From: Octopus vulgaris
Taxonomy: Eukaryota
DNA: 64,000 nucleotides
Reading direction: 5' to 3'
Assembly (NCBI GenBank): GCA_951406725.2
Contig: OX597816.1
Location: forward strand, 132,742,001 to 132,806,000
The first letter of the stretch is position 1; every line of letters begins with the position of its first letter. Made by a program: the position numbers and the translations under genes. Positions 55,392 to 63,159 of this stretch are shown here, piece after piece. The notes under the pieces are model-generated. The model was given only the letters and a program-made list of their open reading frames with translations, was not told the origin of the DNA and ran no database searches.

Positions 55392-58300
55392 TCGAAAAAT
55401 ACCTTAGGAATGAGAACCCAGGTTTGAAATTTCCTCAAGAAACATGATGAAGGCTGGAGGGTATAATCAGTTGAAACGTTGTGTTAACAACAAACAAGAT
55501 GATGACAAATATCCGTCAAATATAAATAATGTAAATAAAAATCCCAGTTAAGAATCTGTTTTTAAATTTTTGAAAATAACATTACTTTGCTTATTTAAAA
55601 TTTTAAAAAAGTTTTTTAATTATTCTGTTTGTTTCTTGAAATCTGAAATAATTTTTGATGTTTTATTATTATCATCATTATTTTATTTTTTCTTTGAGAT
55701 GGTGGTGTTTTTATATGATATTTATAAGATTTAAAATATTTTTTTGTGCAAGTTTCTCATTATTATTGTACATCATTAAGTTTGAAGTTATTTCATCATT
55801 TTCTGACACTTTGTCTGCTAGCCACTGGGAGGTCCACGAACTCTATCTGCATCAGTATGCCGTTCTACTTTGGTACCAAGTAGGGATCACAAATCACTTG
55901 TCTCTACACAACCTGTAAGGTATGTTTGTATGAGCAATGTTCTGCTCTTATCTCTTTTTTCAAGTAATTGTATTACAAAAAATATGGGGGGCAGTAAGGT
56001 GGATGTCATAAATAAGAGATAATATTGAATTAAATGCTGTGTAGTATATAGTTAGTGAAGGAACGTGGCTTAGTGGTTAAGGTAAATGGGTCATGAATGT
56101 AAGGTCTTGAGTTCAATTCTCAGTGGCACATTGTGTTCTTGACTGAGACATTTTATTTCACGTTGCTCCAGTCCACTCAGCTGGCAAAATTCAATGGTAC
56201 TTGTAATTCAAGAGGCCAGCCTTATCACATTCTATGTCAAGCTGCATCTCTCTGAGAACTATGTTGAGGGAATGTGTGTCTTTGAAGTGCTCAGCTACTT
56301 GCACATTAATTTCATGAGCAGGCTGTTCCATTGATCAGATCAACTGGAACTCTCGTCGTTGTAATCGACGGAGTGCCACCACAAAAAAGTATATAGTTAC
56401 CACCAGTGATGGAAATGGAGCTGGGGTACACAAAAGGATGGTGTTCCACTACTTATCCGTTCATGTTGGAGATAGTGATACAGGTAGCTTGTAGTGTTGG
56501 CCCTACAACCTCAACCTTGTAGATTTTAGTTTACCCTTGTCCCAAAAACCCATTTTTATCACTGATGGGTGGTTACATCAGGGCTGGATTAAGACCCATC
56601 AAGGCTCTAAGCACTTAAAAGATTTTGGTACCCTCATAAAAGATTATGTAATTCAAAATATAAACAATAACAAACCATAAAATAAATTTTTATTTTTCAA
56701 AATGAAACAAAACAGTAAGAGGGAAAATAATGTTTATTTTTGTATACTTCCATTTTATTTATATTTGAAAACTTTCCTCCTACTTTTTTGAATTGCAAAG
56801 TATTTGATCAGATCCTCAAAATTAATCTTAGGTAACACATCTGCATCTATACTTAGTAGAGATAAAGGCATCCCAAATATTATTTTAGCAAGTTTTAAGT
56901 GATTTCTTTTGTGCCATAAACCATTAACCATTTCTGTGGTGCCCCCTCCTTCCCTTGATGCCCTAAGCATGTACTTATTTTGCTTAATGGTTGATCCAGC
57001 ACTGGGTTACATGCCTCTAACATAGTGCTATGATTAACTTTCCCTTCCATCTTCTCTGATAAAATAAGTATCTGTATTATATTTAGCTTAATTCCATAAA
57101 TAGTGCCTATGCCATTGGCATAAATAATGGTAATAACAAGTCTTTCTACTATAGACACAAGGCTTAAAATTTTGTTGGGGGTGGATAGTTGATTATATCA
57201 ACCCCAGTACTTGACTGGTACTTATTGACTCTGAAATTTGAAATCAGAATGTAAATGTCACTAAGCATTTTGTTCAGCATACTAATGATTTTGCCAACTC
57301 AGCAGCAGTAGTAGTAGTAATAATAATGGTTTCCAATTTTGGCACTAGGCCAGCAATTTTAGGAGAGGTAGGTAAACTGATTTTATTGTTCCCAGTACTC
57401 AACTGGTATTAATTTGACCCCCTCCAAAAAGATAAAAGGCAAAGTTGATCCTAGAAGCATTTGAACTCAGAAAGTAAAGCACTGGAAAAAATGCTGCTAA
57501 GCATTTTATCTGGCATGCCTACAGCAGCAATAATAATAATAATAATAATAATCAGTCATTATTTAATTTACTTCATTATTTTTTGTTTTGTTTTAGCCAG
57601 ATCATTAACAGGTCTGAAAATTTTATTGGCATGTTTTTTCTTTCTTTAACTCAGTTTGGGTGAACATCTAGTGAAAATCACTTCAGGAAGCAATATGACA
57701 AAATATTTTGAAGATGCTGGCTTCGAACCTGGTGGTAAGTTTTCTTCTTTCACTCCACTTTTATCAATTTTAGTTGCAGCCATCCTGCAGTCTTCAAGAC
57801 TTTTAAAGCTGATCATATCGATTCCTATACTTTGATCTATTTTTGTTGATGCTGAGTTGACAATGTCAGTACATTTCAACTTCAAAACAAGAACGAGATT
57901 TGTAAGCTTAACTTTTCCCTAGCAAACTATGTGAAAATATGTTCAGTATTCAACCATGATATAATAAATTATATGTCATATTCTTCTGATACTATTTCCA
58001 AGTATATTCCTTCCTCACATTATAACTATGCTATATGTACTAGCTATCGTCTGTCTTTCACTTTTGTGTGTTGAAATGATCATGATGGACAATACAAGAG
58101 GCTTTTCTCGAATTAATATCAGTACTTGCTTTTGCTTATTGTTTCGTGATTGGAAGAAAGTACAAGCTCTATACTCAATAGTTCATATTCAAATATCAAA
58201 ATTTCACCAAATTTTTTTAATAGACGCAATCACGGGAAAATAAAAATATCTTTATGTTGCTTTATATACGATGTTATTGTTTTGTGTAAATTACAAATTT

Positions 58301-59987
58301 TTATTGGAGTTACTTACCCTTGATCACTAGGAGCAAGCAGAGTTATGTACCTTGGTCCAGTATCCCAGCACATGTGGGTAGTAACATTTGAACTTACGCA
58401 GCCAGTAGTCTAGTAAAGTCTTACTTTCTAATTTTGGCACAAGGTCAGCAATTTTGAGGGAAGGGTGCAAATCAATCATGTCTAACTCTAGTATTTGATT
58501 GGTTGTCATTTCATCAACTCCAAATGTATGAAAGACTAAGTAAACCTTGGTGGAATTTAAATTCAGAATGTAAAGACCTGGAAGAAATGCTGCTAAGCAT
58601 CTTGTCTGACATGTTAACGATTCTGTGAGTTTGCTACCTTCAGTAGTCAAGCAAGTTAACTTCACAACCATTGTGTTTCACTAGAAAACTTTCAAAAAAT
58701 ATAAAACTTAAAATTCAAACTTGTTTAAAAAAAAAAATCACATGACCTTGTTTAGGAAAATTTATCCTCTTTCTATAAGCACTTCAGTTATATTTGAAGG
58801 AATTCATTGGTTAGAGCATTGAGCTCATGGTCATAAGGTAGAGAGTTCAATTCCTGGACCAGGCTGTGTGTTGTGTTCTTGAGCAAAACACTTTATTTCA
58901 TATTGCTTCAGCTCTTGTATCAGTGGTTTCCTGACAGATCACTCTATCAAATTTAGTGTAGCCCAGTGTTTGATTTCTTCTGCACAATCTTCTTCCTATT
59001 CATCAATGACCTACTTGTCCCCTACTTGTTATTACCTTCAATAATTACCATTTCTATGCAGATGATACCACCTTTTGTTCCTCCCTAACATTCTGTAGCC
59101 AAGCGTCATCCACATGAAATCTAGAACCCACACTGCACTGATGCTGTGAAAGGAAACTTTGAAAACATTCAGGTGGCCCATGCACTTTGTCTCCTTCAAC
59201 AGCAGAAAAAGATAATCTCTAAGCATAACAAGAAAATATCACACTTCACTTCCTTCTAAAATTAGCAGTGGAGCCCCTTACAATTGCTTCAGATGCTAGG
59301 TCTCTCCATCACTAAGAGTCTCACTTGGAATAGGAAACACGAAATCATAAAGACTAGCCTTTCACTTCAGAGACATAAAATGCTTTAACTATAAACTCTC
59401 CACAAAGTTCAGGGATGACCTGTTAAAGTGTGCTGCTTTTACATCTGGGGGTGCTAGAGAAAGGCCTCTTTTGGTTATGAATGACGATGGGATTGCACCT
59501 AGAAAGTTACGTTCTTAGGCACAAGTCCAGGCAAGGTTGTTTATGAAAAACCAGCAGTTGCCTGTGCATGCCAGCCATCCCTCTCCATGCCATCAATGTC
59601 ATAGAAGGGAAAGGCAAAGGCCAATACAACTTGGCACTGGTGAGGGTGCTGCTCAATTCTACAGCTTAGTGAGCTGGTGCAATAGCGTAACAAAGTGTCT
59701 TGCTCAAGAACACAACACAAAGCCTGGTCAGGGAATCAAAATAATGTAAATAAAGCTTATGCATATTTTTATATTCCTGCTGTTAGAGGGCTGGATTAGC
59801 AGAATTGGCAAGTATTGGATAAAATACTCTGTGGTATTTAGTTGTGCATCTCTACATTCTGATGTCAAATTCTGCCAAGCTGATCTTATATAATTATAAT
59901 GCTATATGTATTCATCTTAAAATAATATATATATATTTCAATTGTTGTTTCAGATGAAGACATTCATTTTCATTACAAAGCAGAGAG
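23127..59987 (+). CDS. ELAPOR2: Partial multi-exon gene (14 internal exons): endosome/lysosome-associated apoptosis and autophagy regulator family (ELAPOR1/2, KIAA1324/UPF0577-like); 5' and 3' exons outside the window
   Basis: Exons 23127-23274, 28167-28256, 30216-30330, 32761-32913, 34298-34386, 35233-35518, 38579-38796, 43694-43761, 43927-44127, 47031-47252, 51782-51920, 55822-55919, 57655-57734 and 59954-59987 all have AG/GT ends and join in phase into one open frame (1941 nt). The translation is colinear with vertebrate ELAPOR as I recall it (WxPxG..VNLxxxGxVxFEY, GxNVLxWK, GVAxxSEC, CPxCNPG, GxxYKWW, FVFETxCS, Cys-rich repeats, FTSxGxxYxHxFxxxLCG, SxQPVSL). It is probably a single invertebrate co-ortholog of ELAPOR1 and ELAPOR2, so the symbol is approximate. 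Confidence 0.92.
24306..24344 (+). ncRNA. Minimal type I hammerhead ribozyme motif (U4C variant)
   Basis: Stem I AGG/CCT; core CCGATGA (consensus CUGANGA); stem II AGGA-caatga-TCCT; GAAA; palindromic stem III CACGTG; GTC cleavage triplet ending at 24341. Confidence 0.72.
24307..24515 (+). mobile_element. 209-bp non-coding retroelement that begins in a hammerhead motif (Penelope pLTR-like or retrozyme-like), flanked by a 14-bp TSD
   Basis: Perfect direct repeat TTGATCTTAAAAGA at 24293-24306 and 24516-24529; GC- and CpG-rich interior; hammerhead at the 5' end; TATATAA at 24392. Confidence 0.8.
25047..25260 (+). mobile_element. Decayed Penelope-like 3' fragment with a degenerate hammerhead, nested in a family B SINE
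   Basis: cct-TTGATAA-agggt-t-tatct-GAAAC-ATT-gg at about 25061-25092; the host SINE resumes at 25261 (taaataaagtaccagtcaagtac). Confidence 0.45.
26329..26545 (+). mobile_element. piggyBac-like MITE
   Basis: TTAA-ttctttagcatt...aatgctaaagag-TTAA. Confidence 0.78.
26568..26914 (-). mobile_element. Young tRNA-derived SINE (family C-related) with poly(A) tail, a duplicated head and a 12-bp TSD
   Basis: ATATAATTTGAT at 26556-26567 and 26915-26926; CpGs retained; 24-bp head segment repeated at 26845-26868 and 26881-26904. Confidence 0.75.
27121..27929 (-). mobile_element. Non-autonomous Helitron, interrupted by a SINE tail and microsatellites
   Basis: Minus strand reads A|TCTATATATAAA...ccgagcaaggcctgg (hairpin-like) ..CTAG|T, the canonical Helitron ends and A-T insertion site. 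Confidence 0.7.
28167..28256 (+). CDS. ELAPOR2: ELAPOR-family exon: [30 protein letters not shown]
   Basis: ctctag acceptor, GTAAGT donor; 90 nt, phase 0 to 0; resembles the family VQNDQCQ...TEKGW segment. Confidence 0.88.
28540..28750 (+). mobile_element. Microsatellite-embedded Penelope-like 3' fragment with a decayed hammerhead
   Basis: ttt-CTGACGA-a-GAGC-tcc-GCTC-(A)AAAC-(A)TT-aaa at 28618-28650; both departures from GAAACGTT are G-to-A changes at CpG. Confidence 0.55.
29326..29570 (+). mobile_element. tRNA-derived SINE family C
   Basis: ggaggcatgtggcttagtggttagggtg (A box), B-box-like ggttttgattcc, core ttgctccagtccactcagctggc. Confidence 0.75.
30216..30330 (+). CDS. ELAPOR2: ELAPOR-family exon: [38 protein letters not shown](G)
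   Basis: ttttag acceptor, GTGAAC donor; 115 nt, phase 0 to 1. Confidence 0.9.
30480..31093 (+). mobile_element. 5'-truncated young RTE-clade LINE with an open C-terminal ORF and 10-bp TSD
   Basis: Open frame [41 protein letters not shown] (track ORF 30546..31076); short 3' UTR with an A/G-rich tail; AAATCCTGTT at 30470-30479 and 31094-31103. Confidence 0.92.
31548..31786. mobile_element. hAT (Charlie-type) MITE
   Basis: TIRs CAGTGGTTTTCAAC / GTTGAGAACCACTG; TSD GGCTAAAC versus GGCTTAAAC (one-base indel). Confidence 0.82.
32761..32913 (+). CDS. ELAPOR2: ELAPOR-family exon, Cys-rich repeat: [51 protein letters not shown]
   Basis: ttattag acceptor, GTAAGT donor; 153 nt, phase 1 to 1. Confidence 0.93.
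33356..33800 (-). mobile_element. RTE LINE 3' end fragment
   Basis: Same 3' UTR and ORF end as 9833-10700. Confidence 0.75.
34298..34386 (+). CDS. ELAPOR2: ELAPOR-family exon: (P)[29 protein letters not shown]
   Basis: tttacag acceptor, GTAAGA donor; 89 nt, phase 1 to 0. Confidence 0.9.
35233..35518 (+). CDS. ELAPOR2: ELAPOR-family exon: [13 protein letters not shown]...CPQCNPG...[22 protein letters not shown]
   Basis: ttttag acceptor, GTAAGC donor; 286 nt, phase 0 to 1; overlaps track ORF 35254..35541. Confidence 0.94.
37545..38460 (-). mobile_element. Decayed Jockey/CR1-group LINE 3' fragment
   Basis: Track ORF 37545..37838 ([32 protein letters not shown]...KTIALLNS) resembles the LQPLxHRR..LxxFY..GxCSxEL..RTxxLWN end of these LINEs; extent approximate. 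Confidence 0.55.
38579..38796 (+). CDS. ELAPOR2: ELAPOR-family exon: [19 protein letters not shown]...LEIPGFRG...[19 protein letters not shown]
   Basis: ttttgcag acceptor, GTAATT donor; 218 nt, phase 1 to 0. Confidence 0.92.
39643..39845 (+). mobile_element. SINE family B (near full length)
   Basis: gggcagtgagctggcagaattgttagcac..ctgagttcaaattctgcc..ctttgcctttcat..aagtaccagt..ggccttgtgctagaatttgaaac; flanked by the near-repeat tgaaatttatgctatcaa / tgatatttatgctatcaa, a probable TSD. Confidence 0.8.
41687..42370 (+). mobile_element. SINE family A with an expanded compound microsatellite and a nested RTE 3' end (about 41995-42160)
   Basis: Head at 41687-41830; (CATG)(TATG)(AATG) tract; RTE tail; SINE tail ending gactgaaacaagt. 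Confidence 0.72.
42597..42797 (+). mobile_element. Young, CpG-intact RTE 3'-UTR copy with a (GAT)n tail
   Basis: ggtggcacgtaaaaaacacccactacactcgcggagtggttggcgttaggaagggcatcc..gcatggaaagcggacgctaaac(gat)n. Confidence 0.8.
43694..43761 (+). CDS. ELAPOR2: ELAPOR-family exon: [22 protein letters not shown](V)
   Basis: ctgacag acceptor, GTAAGT donor; 68 nt, phase 0 to 2. Confidence 0.87.
43927..44127 (+). CDS. ELAPOR2: ELAPOR-family exon: [15 protein letters not shown]...[31 protein letters not shown](G)
   Basis: AAG acceptor after a T-rich tract, GTATCA donor; 201 nt, phase 2 to 2; follows a short 165-bp intron. Confidence 0.88.
46678..46892 (+). mobile_element. Mariner-derived MITE
   Basis: TA|CGAGGGGGTGCTGAAAAGTTCCTGGCTTT...AAAGCCAGGAACTTTTTAGCATTCCTTTG|TA; interior encodes [23 protein letters not shown], a mariner C-terminus. 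Confidence 0.87.
47031..47252 (+). CDS. ELAPOR2: ELAPOR-family exon, Cys-rich: [24 protein letters not shown]...CKPCGPG...CISNCTY...YDFESLA(G)
   Basis: ttacag acceptor, GTAAGT donor; 222 nt, phase 2 to 2. Confidence 0.94.
49803..50025 (-). mobile_element. R4/Dong-like (R2-group) non-LTR reverse-transcriptase fragment
   Basis: [31 protein letters not shown] resembles xMDDLKLYAKS..FSxDIGMEFGxDKC..RGK. Confidence 0.6.
50080..50290 (-). mobile_element. RTE-clade LINE C-terminal fragment (a second family)
   Basis: Minus strand: [45 protein letters not shown]. Confidence 0.65.
50598..51008 (+). mobile_element. Solo LTR (Ty3/Gypsy-type), 411 bp
   Basis: Starts TGTAG, ends TTACA; 4-bp TSD ATCT at 50594-50597 and 51009-51012; AATAAA at about 50886; CpG-rich. 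Confidence 0.82.
51782..51920 (+). CDS. ELAPOR2: ELAPOR-family exon (MRH-like domain): [46 protein letters not shown]
   Basis: tttacag acceptor, GTAAAA donor; 139 nt, phase 2 to 0. Confidence 0.92.
53988..54918 (-). mobile_element. Non-autonomous Helitron
   Basis: Minus-strand 5' TC(TAATCT) near 54913-54918; 3' hairpin (ccatccaaaggacgg) then CTAG|T at 53988-53991; inserted beside (TA)n. Confidence 0.6.
54991..55534. mobile_element. Head-to-head inverted dimer of a tRNA-headed SINE with a hammerhead-bearing Penelope-like tail; about 14-bp TSD
   Basis: Arms about 54991-55273 and 55292-55534 are reverse complements. Each has A box TGGC(G/A)TAGTGG, B-box-like GAGTTCGTTTCC, (TAA)n and a hammerhead-like motif. 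Flanks are ATAAAAACCCAGTT (54977-54990) and ATAAAAATCCCAGTT (55535-55549). Confidence 0.8.
55822..55919 (+). CDS. ELAPOR2: ELAPOR-family exon: [32 protein letters not shown](S)
   Basis: ctgctag acceptor, GTATGT donor; 98 nt, phase 0 to 2; matches the family VC..xxxP...VSxQPVSL segment. Confidence 0.87.
56057..56380 (+). mobile_element. tRNA-derived SINE family C (long form)
   Basis: gaaggaacgtggcttagtggttaagg..gagttcaattc..ttgctccagtccactcagctggc..ctcgtcgttgtaatcgacggagtgcca. Confidence 0.75.
56579..57004 (-). mobile_element. Internally deleted hAT transposon (Tip100-like) with a perfect 8-bp TSD
   Basis: TSD GGTTACAT at 56571-56578 and 57005-57012; TIRs CAGGGCTGGATTAA / TTGATCCAGCACTG; minus [34 protein letters not shown] resembles the hAT dimerisation-domain end. 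Confidence 0.88.
57655..57734 (+). CDS. ELAPOR2: ELAPOR-family exon: (S)[26 protein letters not shown]
   Basis: taactcag acceptor, GTAAGT donor; 80 nt, phase 2 to 1; completes the QPVSL motif. Confidence 0.82.
58925..59450 (+). mobile_element. Decayed Jockey/CR1-group LINE RT fragment
   Basis: [10 protein letters not shown]...YHFYADDTT (YADD catalytic motif) and [13 protein letters not shown]; frameshifted. Confidence 0.7.
59954..59987 (+). CDS. ELAPOR2: ELAPOR-family micro-exon: (D)[10 protein letters not shown]
   Basis: gtttcag acceptor, GTGAGT donor; 34 nt, phase 1 to 2; resembles the family DVIFFYRS segment. Confidence 0.8.
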
Positions 59988-61171
59988 GTGAGTTCTTTTC
60001 ATTTTTATGAAATTTTTTTGTTTTAATACATTTTGAAAATTCAGTTAAACATATAATATTTATATATCATCATCATCATCAATAACAGCATTTTTAGTGT
60101 TCACTTTTCTATGCTTGCATCTGTCACACAAAACTCTTTGAGTCAGATGTTCTTTACCAGATAATCATCTTCTTGCCAACCCTTTCTTACTTCTGAGCAA
60201 AGAAATATTTTCCGTTGTTCTATGAACATGAACAAAGCAAGGGCAGGGTATGTATCTTAGAGAATTGCAGACAAATGACAGTGGCACCATTTTTTGCTTG
60301 AATAATCACTTTTACAAATGTCAAGACAAGGGGATACAAACACCCCACTCCACCCATATAAACACATGCATGCATGCATACATACATACGTATATCACTG
60401 TATCAACCAGTCTATTGGATGTTATACTTGCTGGTTACAATGTGCTTCTTTGCATTTTTGTAGCTTCTGAATGATGCCATCCTACTGGCTATGTGGGTGA
60501 GCCAACATTTTTCATGAATGGAATGCTAGTCCATTCCAAGGTTTCCTATTTACAGCTGAGTGGACTGGAGCAATATGAAATGAAGTGTTTTGCTCAAAAC
60601 ACACAATGCACCACTGATCTGAGAATCAAAACCATGATCTTGTGACTATGAGTGCAACATCATAATCACCAAGCCACATACTTTTCACTCACACACATAT
60701 ACACGCACATGTACATACATATATTTATACAGAGAAAGAGAAAATGTGAGAGAGGGAGATAGATAAAAGTTACACAAATAACATGAGTAAAATTTGAGGA
60801 AATGTGAAAGCAACCAAACAAAAAATTCTGTGTAGTGCCAGACAAGTAAGCTCATGTGGCTACAAAGGGTAGAAATATAGAGTAAAAAACAAAAAGCAAA
60901 GATGTGAACAGTGAAGCTCAATTTGAAAAAAAGAAAAATACAAGAGAATCTGATGTTTTGAGTGATAAATTTTGTCAAAGAGAAGAAAATAGAATGGGAT
61001 AAAGAATTGAACAGCAAGAGAAACAGAAAATTGTACAGTATAAAATATAATGTCTGTTTACATGGCAGGTCTGAATGAAAGCTGTGAAATGAAACAGAAT
61101 GACCAAAAGTAGCAGTATTTATATGGGTCACAATGAGGTTAAAAGAACAAAGAGAGATGGAATGAGAGAGG

Positions 61172-61202
<31 letters not shown>

Positions 61203-61746
61203 AGAAGGACAAGGAGAGAAGAGTGAAATGGAAGAGAAAAAGTAAAGGATGAAAGGTGAGAAATGTAGCAGGGCACTCACAGTACCAGTTTGTGTATGGA
61301 TGTGTGTGTGTTTGTACATGGATGTGTAGGTTATATGTTTAGTAGAACGGCACCTGTATGTATTGTATTTTTGTGAACGAGGGGTAATGTATCTGTGCGA
61401 TGTTTTAAGATAGGGAGACCTGTATGAAGGGGTGGTAAGTTGGAGGAATGTTTATATCTTTATTTAATGTGAGAGGGTTTGTGTTTCTGTGTGTGTCTGT
61501 GTATGAACACATGAAGTGGGCAGTTATGCCCATGTGCCAGTGCAGTTTGTGGTATGTTCAATCTATATGGGTATATAGATGCATAGTATTGTATATGTGT
61601 GCATATATTTATCTGTATATATGTATGTGAACGTATATATATATATATATATATAAAATTAATTAAGGGTAGAAATTGATATTTATCAATTAAGACCAGT
61701 GGTCTAGCATATTAAAAAAGAATCCGAAGATTAAAATATTTATATG

Positions 61747-61938
61747 TACCAATTAAGGACTGAACACGAAAAGTGGACAGTCAACATGCTAGATATAGAC
61801 GTCAAATCGCCATTCACCACAAAAGATTATGTTCCCAGAGTTTGATCTGGGAACATAATCTTTTGTGGTGAATGGCGATTTGACGTCTATATCTAGCATG
61901 TTGACTGTCCACTTTTCGTGTTCAGTCCTTAATTGGTA
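61747..61938. repeat. Perfect inverted repeat: 93-bp arms, 6-nt loop (GTTTGA)
   Basis: 61747-61839 is the exact reverse complement of 61846-61938, checked base by base; it lies in an insert (about 61655-61938) between (TA)n tracts. Confidence 0.95.
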
Positions 61939-61984
61939 TATATATATATATATATATATATAAACATAGATAGATAGATAGATA

Positions 61985-62191
61985 GATAGATAAAAATAGT
62001 TATGACTTGTTTATGGGGTTACCCAAGGTTTTGTGTCCACAAAGCACTTAGCTTTACAGTGTCTCATCAGATCCTAAAGGCCAGTGGAGGTTATAGGCCA
62101 TTATGGTCTGATGAGATGGTGTAAAGCTAAGTGCTTTATGGATGTGTAACCCTGAGTGACTCCATAAACTGGCCATAACTATCTTTATCTA
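61985..62191. repeat. Imperfect inverted repeat (arms about 95 bp)
   Basis: tagataaaaatagttatg..aaagcacttagctttaca..tctcatcaga..ggcc pairs with ggcc..tctgatgaga..tgtaaagctaagtgcttt..cataactatctttatcta. Confidence 0.85.
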
Positions 62192-62260
62192 AATACTCTA
62201 CTGCTCTATAACTTAGAATGTTCTTCCCTTTTGAATTTATGATTTACTGACAATATATAC

Positions 62261-62307
<47 letters not shown>

Positions 62308-62311
62308 TATA

Positions 62312-63159
62312 CAGGGTGCAGTAAATCAATTGTTGTCTAAATCATGCAAAAATGAAAATATCACTGACATCTCATTTCAACATATATTTACCAAAATTAC
62401 ATAAAAATATCTTGAAATGCTAAAGAGTAAATTTATTCAATAAAATTGCCATTGGCTTCCAGCCAACTTTCGAATCTCCTACAACTCTTTTGGATGGCCT
62501 CGTTGTTTAAGTTGGTGAATGCTGCCATAATCCTTTCCTTCAGTTCATCTTTGGTGTTGCAAGGAATTTTGTTGGTCTCTTGCTCAATTACGCTCCACAC
62601 AATAATCAAGGAAGTTGCTGTCTGGGGAGTTAGGTGGCCAAATGGTAGGGGTGATGTGGTCGCAGAAATTGTCTGACAGCCATGATTAGCTTCTCCTGTG
62701 TGTGGCATGATGCAGAGTCCTGTTGCCAGACATAAGGTCTTTCAACAGCCACCCTCTTGACCCAGGGCAGCCCTACCTCCTCCAGGCACTTGATATAAGC
62801 CTCTGTGTTGAGTTTGAGGCCATGTGGGAAGATGAATGGAGGCATAACATTGCCATCACTAGTAATCACTTCAAAAACCATGATTTTTTATTTTATATCA
62901 CTCTCAGTACATGTTTTGTTGACTCAGATTGACATCCAACACTCCGAAATGTTCATATTGGATCTTCTGGCGCAAATGCCAAGCAGTTCAATATGTCATT
63001 TACAAATTTCTGGCAGAGTGAATTGCATCATGGTGCTGTTTTTCTCAGTCTTGTCCAACTCACCCTACTATACTGTATAGTTGACAAAATCAAAAACAAG
63101 CAATGCGCATGTGCGAAATTAAAAATATAAAATAGCGACAATTTACCCATCGCATCCTG
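62312..63159 (-). mobile_element. Internally deleted Tc1/mariner-superfamily transposon (maT/DD37D-like) with transposase remnants
   Basis: TA|CAGGGTGC...GCATCCTG|TA ends; minus-strand frameshifted MVFEVITSDG..YVWQQDSASCHT, WPPNSPDSNFLDY (Asp as third catalytic residue) and ..ELKERIMAAF..SCRRF..EANGNFIE*. Confidence 0.88.

Noticed and set aside
56404-56564. Possible hAT-like MITE (CAGTGATGGAAATGG / CCATTTTTATCACTG)
   Set aside because: Short imperfect TIR, no TSD and no second copy in the window.
60685-61212. 175-aa hydrophobic minus-strand ORF
   Set aside because: Arises from A/G-rich low-complexity sequence, with no domain signature.
62108-62140. CTGATGA as a hammerhead core
   Set aside because: No stem II followed by GAAA on either arm.
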